Part shown: one piece after another, positions 56,759-64,000 of the stretch
Layout of the letters: every line of letters starts with the position of its first letter
Position numbering within the stretch: position 1 is the stretch's first letter
Assembly: GCA_963791065.1 (NCBI GenBank)
Contig: CAWBQN010000020.1
Location: 44,347-108,346, forward strand
Origin: an uncultured Bacteroidales bacterium
GTDB taxonomy: Bacteria > Bacteroidota > Bacteroidia > Bacteroidales > VadinHA17
DNA length: 64,000 nt
Direction of reading: 5' to 3'
The notes under the pieces: model-generated
Databases searched by the model: none
The model's input: the letters and a program-made list of their open reading frames with translations, nothing else
What the model was told of the DNA's origin: nothing
Made by a program: the position numbers and the translations under genes

Positions 56759-58486
56759 TCCTTCAACCTGCGCAATTAACTGCTGGTCTGTAAAGTGCCT
56801 TCCCTTGATTGCCGATGATGGGCAGGCAGCGACGCATACCCCACAACTTTTACATAAAGCATTGATAATATGACTTTGCTTTTTATCTTCATCGAATTCT
56901 ATGGCACTATAGGGACAAAGCTGGTTGCAGAACCGGCAACCTGAACATAATTCCTCAATTACTTCCGAATAAACAGCATCTACTTCTATCTTCCCTTTTG
57001 CAATTCGTGCCAGAATTCGTGCCGCTGCTGCTCTTGCCTGGGCAACAGAATCAGGAATATCCTTTGGAGCAACACAGGTCCCTGCAATAAATATTCCGTC
57101 AGTTGTTGTTGCTACAGGTTCGAGCTTTGGATGACTCTCTATGAACCACCCATCCTTGTCCTGACTGATGTTCACCAGGCGGGCTATTTCGTTGGAATCT
57201 TCGCGGGCTTCCATCCCTACCATCAGTACTACAAGGTCGGCCGGGATTTCAATAAGTTCACCTGAAAGTTTCTCGTTGACTTCAATAAGCATTTCACAGT
57301 CATCTTTCGGAGTTGCTTTATGAATTACCGGTCTGTCACCTTTTTCATACATCAGGAACAGTGTTTTCGCTTCGGACGACTTGCGGTAGAAATCTTCATG
57401 ACCCTTTCCGAAGGCATGCATATCAATATAGATATCTGATATATAACAATCGGGATTTGCAGATTTGATCTCGGAAGCGTATTTTAATGCTGTCATGCAA
57501 CAAACCCTTGAACAGTAGGAATGAAATTCCTTATTCCGGCTTCCCACACAGTGAATAATAGCAACATATTTGGGGATCTTACCCTCCTTTGTTTCAATAC
57601 TTCCTGAACGAATCATCTTTTCCAGCTCGAAAGATGTAATGACATTGGGCAATTTTCCGTATCCGTAGTGAACAATACGTGATGCATCGAATTCCTTATA
57701 TCCTGTGCAAACAACAATATTTCCAATCTTCACATTTATCTTCCAGCCACTATCTGAATTTTTGTCTGACGTTTGTATCCTGGCTTTGAAATTGCCAATA
57801 AACCCCGTTACTTCAGTTACTTTTGATTCAAGGTATACTACAACTTTTCTGTTTTCCTTGATACGCACTATTTTTTCAGTAATAAGGTCGCGTGCAGAAT
57901 ACAGATAAGGTGCCGTAAGATCAAGACGCGCAAGGTTACCTCCGAGATGGTCATCTTTCTCAACCAGGTAGACAATATTACCTGCATCGGCCAGTTCTAG
58001 AGCAGCAGTCATACCGGTAATGCCACCCCCGATTACAAGTACATTTGGACACATATCAACCGACATGTTTTCAAGCGGCTCATGGAGCTCAACACGGCAA
58101 ATGGCTGCACAGACCAGAGCTTTGGCTTTTTCAGTTGCCGCTACCGTGTCAGTATGCACCCAGCTGCATTGCTCACGTATATTAGCCATCTCGAGCAGAT
58201 ACTGATTCAGTCCGGCTGACCTCAAAGCGTTACGAAAAGTCCGCTCATGCATATTCGGACTGCAGGCAGCGACGACCACACGGTCAAGCTTGTGCTCCCT
58301 GATATCCTGTGTGATCATTTCCTGACCCGGATTGGAGCACATATATTTATAGCTTTTGGCAAGAACAACGTTCGGCAGACTGGATGCGAATCCGGCAACT
58401 GCTTCCACATCAACAACTTTTGCTATGTTAGTCCCGCACCAGCATATATACACTCCTATTCTTGGTAATGTTTTTTTATCAGTCAT
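56744..58486 (-). CDS. HdrA/QmoA-B-like FAD/FeS oxidoreductase, paralog 2 (Cys-rich N-terminal domain and C-terminal 2x[4Fe-4S] ferredoxin domain; no inserted ferredoxin)
   Basis: N-terminus RIGVYICWCGTNIA...YMCSNPG...VAACSP...REQCSWVH; FAD fold VIGGGITGMTAALELA; HdrA signature HCVGSRNKEFHSYCSRVCCM; C-terminal CSGCRFCNQLCP and CKSCGVCVAACP. Confidence 0.8.
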   Translation of the reverse strand: MTDKKTLPRIGVYICWCGTNIAKVVDVEAVAGFASSLPNVVLAKSYKYMCSNPGQEMITQDIREHKLDRVVVAACSPNMHERTFRNALRSAGLNQYLLEMANIREQCSWVHTDTVAATEKAKALVCAAICRVELHEPLENMSVDMCPNVLVIGGGITGMTAALELADAGNIVYLVEKDDHLGGNLARLDLTAPYLYSARDLITEKIVRIKENRKVVVYLESKVTEVTGFIGNFKARIQTSDKNSDSGWKINVKIGNIVVCTGYKEFDASRIVHYGYGKLPNVITSFELEKMIRSGSIETKEGKIPKYVAIIHCVGSRNKEFHSYCSRVCCMTALKYASEIKSANPDCYISDIYIDMHAFGKGHEDFYRKSSEAKTLFLMYEKGDRPVIHKATPKDDCEMLIEVNEKLSGELIEIPADLVVLMVGMEAREDSNEIARLVNISQDKDGWFIESHPKLEPVATTTDGIFIAGTCVAPKDIPDSVAQARAAAARILARIAKGKIEVDAVYSEVIEELCSGCRFCNQLCPYSAIEFDEDKKQSHIINALCKSCGVCVAACPSSAIKGRHFTDQQLIAQVEGLFLV

Positions 58487-58494
58487 TGCTCTTA

Positions 58495-59646
58495 TTAATT
58501 CATTTTATATGATTTGTTCTTTTTTCCCTCAATCTGTACGGATTTTTTTAATTCCGCGAAATAAATGGCGAAAGGTCTGTAGGCAAGGTGAGACCATTTG
58601 GAGAACGGAACTTCTACACAAAGCATCGGAACAAGCACTGCCATATGAATTATGTACATATAATATGTTGCAGCCGGCATACCTCCGATTCTGAATATAT
58701 GCAAAAGTATCCCTGAAACAGTTGTTGCCATTAAAAGAATGATAAAAATCCAGTCACTGAAATGTGAAAATTTGAATTTCTGTCCTGCTTTCCTGATCCG
58801 TCCCCAGCTGAAAAAGATCAGTCCGATAAATAAGCCAAAGGTTGCATAATAACCAAGTATCCTTTGAGGTTCATACCAGGAATAGGTTTTATCAGTCTGG
58901 AACCATTTCAGGTTCCCAACGATGAGGACAAACATCAGGACATAACCCGACATCAGCATCCAGTGAAAGAACCAGTAATTTCTGTCTTTGCATTTGCTGA
59001 ATTGTTTCTGGGTGACGAAATGCACAATAACCTGATAGAAATTAACCACATACATCCTGAAAGGTATCTTTAAGGATTTATCCTTCAGTATCGTCAGATA
59101 CCACATCCTTATTATATTTGAAATCAGGAAGCATGCTATAGAAATCAGCATTATATGTGCCCCAATATTCACTGTTTCTACCGGGAACATTTCGTTTACT
59201 TTCACTCCGCCATCGGGTGTAAGCGAGGTCACTATTCCATGAGGATTGAAAACAGAGAACAGCAAAGTTATTAAAACGCCTATAATCATGATAGCGCCGA
59301 ATTCCCACCAGTGTGTGGTATAAAATTTCTTTGACAATCCTGTCCAGTCATAAACTGACGTCAGGTACCTCCTTAAAATCATCATAGTGTCACCCGGATC
59401 AGCATCCCTGGGGCATAAATCTGAGCAGTCGCCGCAATAATAGCATAACCAGGGTTCAAGTGTGGTCTCTAACTTCTTTTCCAGTCCCATCTGCAGCAGC
59501 CTGATAGGTTTACGCGGGAACCTGTTAAATTCGTCAGCATGCGGACAAACAGCCGAACAATCACCGCATTGATAGCACAGTTGTATATTTTCCTTGCCAA
59601 AGCGATCCAATGCATTTATAAATCCGGGATTAACTCTGATTGCCAT
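58495..59646 (-). CDS. QmoC-like fusion: HdrC-type 2x[4Fe-4S] N-terminal domain plus NarI/HdrE-type multi-helix (putative di-heme b) membrane domain
   Basis: The start is placed at MAIRVNPGF (the GTG at 59697 would overlap the upstream gene by 41 nt). CYQCGDCSAVCP and CYYCGDCSDLCP are present. At least 5 hydrophobic helices carry conserved-looking His (AHIML, VIVHFV, FFHWML, LLHIF, IIHMAV), and the terminal motif is PFSKWSHLAYRP. Confidence 0.7.
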   Translation of the reverse strand: MAIRVNPGFINALDRFGKENIQLCYQCGDCSAVCPHADEFNRFPRKPIRLLQMGLEKKLETTLEPWLCYYCGDCSDLCPRDADPGDTMMILRRYLTSVYDWTGLSKKFYTTHWWEFGAIMIIGVLITLLFSVFNPHGIVTSLTPDGGVKVNEMFPVETVNIGAHIMLISIACFLISNIIRMWYLTILKDKSLKIPFRMYVVNFYQVIVHFVTQKQFSKCKDRNYWFFHWMLMSGYVLMFVLIVGNLKWFQTDKTYSWYEPQRILGYYATFGLFIGLIFFSWGRIRKAGQKFKFSHFSDWIFIILLMATTVSGILLHIFRIGGMPAATYYMYIIHMAVLVPMLCVEVPFSKWSHLAYRPFAIYFAELKKSVQIEGKKNKSYKMN

Positions 59647-59656
59647 AGTAAAAATT

Positions 59657-61459
59657 TTAAATTGTTTGAATACTCTTGGCTTTTGCTTCAATTTCACTGA
59701 GCGGAATGCTGCTCATATGTCCGATGCCTCTTTTGGTTGTGAGACTTTTAAGTACGCCAGCTGCGACAGCAGAAGCCTGAGCCACTGTATCCGGTATGTC
59801 TTTTGGGCCCTGGCACATCCCAGCTACATATATACCTCCTCTTTCAGTATCTGTCGGGCTGCCGTTATAATTCAATTCTGAAAACCATCCGTCCGAATCT
59901 CTGCTGACATCCAGCATTTTGATCAGATCACCTGTTCCGGAGGAAGGAATAAGACCGACTGCAAGAACTACCATATCAACCTCAAATTCAGCTAATCTGT
60001 CATTAATGATATCCTCGCCGCGTACAACCATCTGGTCATTATGCATTGTAACTTTAGCCGAATGTCCGCGAATTATTAAAGTACCTTCCTCCTTGATGCG
60101 ATCTGCAAATTCCTCATAACCTTTTCCGAAAGCCCGCATATCGATATAAAACTCATATACAGTTACATCAGGGATCTTCTCTCTGATCAGATGGGCAAAT
60201 TTCAGGGAATACATACAGCAGACCCTGGAGCAGTAGGAATTGTACTTTTTATTCCTTGATCCTACACAGTGGATAATGGCGACACTTTTAGGCGGTATGC
60301 CCTCCGGCAGAAAAACCCATTCATCCTTTTCTGTTTTTTTATTAAATCGTTTGGTTTTAGTGACAATTTTTCCACCCGTGGTTCCGGAAGCATTCGTCAG
60401 ACGCTCAAATTCGAGAGAGGTCAGTACGTTAGGATATACGCCATAACCATACTGCTCTATTTTGCTGACATCGAGCAGTTCATATCCTATTGCGAGAATG
60501 ATATTTCCCACCTCAATATCGATAAAATGATCGGTTTCATTCAGGTTAATGCATTCCTTAGGACATTTTTTAACACAAACGCCACATTTTTTTCCACCGG
60601 AAAGGATATAGGTACATTTTGTCTCATCTACTAGGTATGCATTTGGCACCGCCTGTGGAAAAGGGATATAAATTGCTTTCCTCAGTGATATTCCTGCATC
60701 GAATTCACTCTCAACTTTAACAGGACATACTTCTACGCACTGATTACATGCAACACATGATTTGACATCAACGAACCTTGCACTTTGTTTAATCTTCACA
60801 TGGTATGCTCCGGGCTTACCCGTAACAGCTGCCACCTTCGACTTGGTCAGCAGTTGGATCATTTCATGCTGTCCGACTGAAACCATTTTAGGAGTGAGGA
60901 TGCAGGCAGCGCAATCCAATGTAGGGAACGTTTTATCAAACATGGCCATATGACCGCCAATAGTGCCGGTTTGCTCAATGAGATAAACCTGTTTGCCTGC
61001 ATTTGCTATCTCGAGGGCAGCCTGTATTCCGGCTATACCCCCTCCGATAATAAGTGTCGAGTGATGGACCGGATTTCCAACCGGGATAGCAGCAAGCGGG
61101 AAAGGAACAGCCATTGTTGCACAGGCTATTATAGCTTTAGCCCGATCCATCGCATTTTCTCCTCTTGCACCATGTTCCATGAAAGAAGCCAGTCGTATTT
61201 CTTCCGTGCTCGCTCCTGCCAATGCCATGGCTTTTGTAAAAGCCGGTTTAAAATAACCAGGCATATCTCCTGCAATAACTATCCTTCCCAGGTTGTTAGT
61301 TTTGATCAGATCGCTAAGGATATTCACATCAAGCTGAGGTTTTGTACCCAGGATCTGCACAGTGTCAACATTCGGAAGATTTGCAGCATACTTCGCTATG
61401 GAATCAAGATTAAGATCCGCGTTCACTTCGATCTGGCAGAAAAAGACTCCTATTCGCAT
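59657..61459 (-). CDS. HdrA/QmoA-B-like FAD/FeS oxidoreductase, paralog 1 (Cys-poor N-terminal domain, inserted 2x[4Fe-4S] ferredoxin; no C-terminal ferredoxin)
   Basis: FAD fold LIIGGGIAGIQAALEIA, TFPTLDCAACILTPKM, inserted CVACNQCVEVCP and CGVCVKKCPKEC, and HdrA signature HCVGSRNKKYNSYCSRVCCM. The N-terminal 130 aa align to the HdrA N-domain but lack its cysteines. Confidence 0.8.
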   Translation of the reverse strand: MRIGVFFCQIEVNADLNLDSIAKYAANLPNVDTVQILGTKPQLDVNILSDLIKTNNLGRIVIAGDMPGYFKPAFTKAMALAGASTEEIRLASFMEHGARGENAMDRAKAIIACATMAVPFPLAAIPVGNPVHHSTLIIGGGIAGIQAALEIANAGKQVYLIEQTGTIGGHMAMFDKTFPTLDCAACILTPKMVSVGQHEMIQLLTKSKVAAVTGKPGAYHVKIKQSARFVDVKSCVACNQCVEVCPVKVESEFDAGISLRKAIYIPFPQAVPNAYLVDETKCTYILSGGKKCGVCVKKCPKECINLNETDHFIDIEVGNIILAIGYELLDVSKIEQYGYGVYPNVLTSLEFERLTNASGTTGGKIVTKTKRFNKKTEKDEWVFLPEGIPPKSVAIIHCVGSRNKKYNSYCSRVCCMYSLKFAHLIREKIPDVTVYEFYIDMRAFGKGYEEFADRIKEEGTLIIRGHSAKVTMHNDQMVVRGEDIINDRLAEFEVDMVVLAVGLIPSSGTGDLIKMLDVSRDSDGWFSELNYNGSPTDTERGGIYVAGMCQGPKDIPDTVAQASAVAAGVLKSLTTKRGIGHMSSIPLSEIEAKAKSIQTI

Positions 61460-61505
61460 AATTTATCTTTATTTATTATCTTATATATCTTACCGCCAAC
61501 GCTTA

Positions 61506-62969
61506 TTAATTTCTGACTACGCTCTGAACCAACTGACCACTGGCATCACGAATTTCAAGAATCATCGGCATCTGCCCCGGAAGACGATGAGTAGCGCATG
61601 AAAAACATGGGTCATATGCCCTGAAAGCCATTTCGATCATGTTCAGGGTGCCCTCGGTAACCTCGACCCCTTTTTTAATAAGACCTTTCGCAGCCTTTTT
61701 CAACGACATACAGATCGCTGCATGATTATTTGTAGTTCCGACAATAATATTGACCTTGGTAACAATTCCCCTGTTGTCTGTCTGATAGTGGTGCGTAAGT
61801 GTACCTCTCTGTGCTTCAACGATTCCGACACCTTCACCATGAATTTGTCCAAGCTGTGCCTGTAATTCTTTGCCAGTAATATCATTATCCATAGCAAGCT
61901 CCAGGCATCTTTCGGCAGAATACAATAGTTCCACAAGACGTGCCCAATGCATGGCGAGTGTTGCATGAACGGGTTTAGCTCCGAGAGTGCTGTACATACG
62001 TTCATACTCTGCCTGTGCAAGTGGAGTTGCCATTCCATCTGAGGCATTTAATCTCGATAGTGGAGTAGCCTGGTAAACACCTGAATTCTGCCCTTCGATA
62101 AATCCTTTCCAGCCGATCTTTTTAAGATATGGAAACTTAAGATAAGTCCAGGGTTCAACGTGTTCGGCTACATAATTGAGATATTCGTTAGGAGCGTATT
62201 TGTATAACTCTTTTCCTTCAGTATCGACGACCCTTACTTTTCCGTCATAAAAGTTAACTTTATTGTTTGCATCAACAAGTCCCATCGAGTGAAGCTTAAG
62301 AGAATATGGTCCGTTAAGAATAATGTCGACATACTTTTTATTATCAAGCACAAAATCCTGAAAAATTTTTAGAGAGAATTTGGCGAATTCCACAAAGCCT
62401 TTTGCTTTCTCAACGATATCATCGCGTTCTTTTTCGGAGAGTCCTTTTCGTACACCACCCGGGATATTCATTACCACAAAAGTCTGGTGGCCGCCAAGCA
62501 GAGCCTGTATCTCCTGAGCTATACGACGCTGTTTAATTACTTCCGTTCCTATCTCCCTGCCGACCTTTTCAATTACTCCCAGGATGTTACGCTTAGAAGC
62601 CGGAGCGTCAGGACCAACAACAAAATCAGGCGCTGCAAGAGCATAAAAATGGGCTGTATGACTATGTACAAAATGTGCCATGTAGAAAAGCTCCCTGAGC
62701 TTTCTTGCTGTTGGTGTAGGTACGACGCCGAACACCGCATCAACAGCTTTTCCGGAGGCCATATGATGACAGCCGGGGCATACTCCGCATATTTTCGCAA
62801 CGATAGAAGGAAGTTCTTCCACAGGTCTCCCCTCACAGAATTTTTCAAAACCTCTCAGTTCCGGTACCTGAAAATATACATTATCAACTTCTCCGTCGTC
62901 ATTCAGGAAAATTTCGATTTTACCATGACCCTCGAGTCGTGTAATCGGATCAATAGTGATTCTTTTCAT
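61506..62969 (-). CDS. [NiFe]-hydrogenase large subunit, group 3 (Mvh/Vhu-like by context)
   Basis: N-terminal ITRLEGHGKI and Ni-binding L1 motif KICGVCPGCH; C-terminal DPCFSCATH followed by a 26-aa extension (a substrate for a maturation endopeptidase). 487 aa. Confidence 0.88.
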   Translation of the reverse strand: MKRITIDPITRLEGHGKIEIFLNDDGEVDNVYFQVPELRGFEKFCEGRPVEELPSIVAKICGVCPGCHHMASGKAVDAVFGVVPTPTARKLRELFYMAHFVHSHTAHFYALAAPDFVVGPDAPASKRNILGVIEKVGREIGTEVIKQRRIAQEIQALLGGHQTFVVMNIPGGVRKGLSEKERDDIVEKAKGFVEFAKFSLKIFQDFVLDNKKYVDIILNGPYSLKLHSMGLVDANNKVNFYDGKVRVVDTEGKELYKYAPNEYLNYVAEHVEPWTYLKFPYLKKIGWKGFIEGQNSGVYQATPLSRLNASDGMATPLAQAEYERMYSTLGAKPVHATLAMHWARLVELLYSAERCLELAMDNDITGKELQAQLGQIHGEGVGIVEAQRGTLTHHYQTDNRGIVTKVNIIVGTTNNHAAICMSLKKAAKGLIKKGVEVTEGTLNMIEMAFRAYDPCFSCATHRLPGQMPMILEIRDASGQLVQSVVRN

Positions 62970-63940
62970 GAGATCTTTCTCCTTATAAGTGAGACTGGCA
63001 GACTAAAACGATAAAATAACCCGGCCGGGTCAACAATATCATCAATGACCCTGTTAATTTCTTCAGGTTCTTTTTCATCTATAATACTCGCGATTGCTGA
63101 CATCATTTTAGCACCAGGGTCAGTTACTCCGGGAGTTGGTCCGTAACAGCCGCGACAGGGAGCATTTCCTTTAATACAGCGATAACCACATCCCTCCCTG
63201 GTGGTTGGACCCATGCATATGATACCCTGCTCCATAAAGCATGTTTCCTTATCATCTGTTATCTCCCATGGACGGTAAAACTTTTTAATTCGTTTGTTTT
63301 CCGATCTCTTCCTGGTACATTCATCACACTGAGCCCTGGTCCCTGCTCCAATGACGGATCCTTTTGGAGGAAGCTCAGCATCACTGACTATAGCAACAAA
63401 TACCTCAAGAAGCCTCTCGGTTTGAGGGGGACAACCCGGGAAAAAATAATCTACATCCACACTCTGTGATAGCGGACGTACATCATTATAAAAAGCAGGT
63501 ATTTCGAGCATGCCCTCCGGCATTTTATTTTCAGTTAAAGGCCTTACTTTTTCAGGGTTAACTGTTGATTCACTTTCCTCATAAATTCTTCGGAATATTT
63601 CCTCTTTTGTTGAAAAATTAGCCAGTCCGGGAATACCACCCATATGTGAACAACTGCCATAAGCAATGAGAATTTTGCTTTTTTTTCGTAAAAGAACTGC
63701 CATACGTTCGTTCTCGCTGTTCCTGATCGCTCCACTAAAAAGTGTAACATCGATGTTTCCGTCAGGCATCTCTTCAACATCTTTATATTTTATATCCAGG
63801 GCAATGGGCCAGAATACAAAATCTGCTGCGTCTATAACATCAAAAAGCTTTTCGTGTACATCCAGGACTGATACACAACAGCCACCACAGGCAGAACCCC
63901 AATAAACGGCAAGTTTCAGTTTAGGCTTTGATCCTTTCAT
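62966..63940 (-). CDS. [NiFe]-hydrogenase small subunit, MvhG/VhuG-like (three-cluster type)
   Basis: The proximal-cluster motifs are WGSACGGC and YGSCSHMGGIPG. Extra Cys groups (CDEC, CFMEQGIICMGP, GCGYRC, CRGCYGP) supply the medial and distal clusters. The stop overlaps the large-subunit start by 4 nt. ATG at 63940; the track's TTG start is at 63949. Confidence 0.8.
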   Translation of the reverse strand: MKGSKPKLKLAVYWGSACGGCCVSVLDVHEKLFDVIDAADFVFWPIALDIKYKDVEEMPDGNIDVTLFSGAIRNSENERMAVLLRKKSKILIAYGSCSHMGGIPGLANFSTKEEIFRRIYEESESTVNPEKVRPLTENKMPEGMLEIPAFYNDVRPLSQSVDVDYFFPGCPPQTERLLEVFVAIVSDAELPPKGSVIGAGTRAQCDECTRKRSENKRIKKFYRPWEITDDKETCFMEQGIICMGPTTREGCGYRCIKGNAPCRGCYGPTPGVTDPGAKMMSAIASIIDEKEPEEINRVIDDIVDPAGLFYRFSLPVSLIRRKIS

Positions 63941-64000
63941 GATAAACAATTAAATATCTATGTTAAAATATCCAGAGTTTCTTTTATTTTACATGGACCC

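Noticed and set aside
60950-63014. Plus-strand ORFs of 175-188 aa (60950-61516, 62487-63014) opposite hdrA paralog 1 and the hydrogenase large subunit
   Set aside because: They are antisense to proteins with unmistakable catalytic motifs, and their own translations contain no recognisable features.
63989-64000. The end of an upstream minus-strand gene (…GSM*) at the window edge, possibly mvhD
   Set aside because: Only four codons are visible, so no identification is possible. It is mentioned as context only.

Overview
The 64-kb window is about 40% GC and densely coded. It looks like an anaerobic Bacteroidota-type chromosome: it has a T9SS type-B sorting-domain protein, TAnnTTTG -7 boxes, rubredoxin, rubrerythrin, PPDK and PEPCK. 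Most genes are core metabolism and housekeeping: proS, tilS, aroB/C/Q, pyk, ppdK, pckA, plsY, htpG, nth, xerD and aminotransferases. No rRNA, tRNA, CRISPR array or obvious mobile element was recognised by eye. Five accessory-looking blocks stand out. (1) At 56.7-64.0 kb, a minus-strand operon joins Mvh-like [NiFe]-hydrogenase small and large subunits to a Qmo-like module (HdrA paralog, HdrC/NarI-type membrane fusion, second HdrA paralog). It is convergent with hypA-hypB, and this is my best candidate for an uncharacterised system. (2) At 3.9-9.9 kb, a minus-strand cluster encodes a Tat-signal DUF362 protein, a membrane polyferredoxin, methylmalonyl-CoA epimerase, a fused CitD-CitE, CitF and an unlisted rubredoxin ORF. 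(3) larC-larB-wbqC lies divergent from that cluster. (4) Two tandem paralogous Tyr/Gly/Asn/Ser/Arg low-complexity secreted proteins lie upstream of a FadL-like outer-membrane barrel. (5) A DUF1987(SiaC)-LytTR cluster is present. Many otherwise recognisable genes at 1.0-3.8 kb and 15.7-23.8 kb are broken by single-base frameshifts, which is more likely assembly indel error than decay. Two families of short intergenic repeats recur: a C5/G5 palindromic element and TTTGCG/CACAAAG motifs. All calls rest on reading the translations; no database search was possible.
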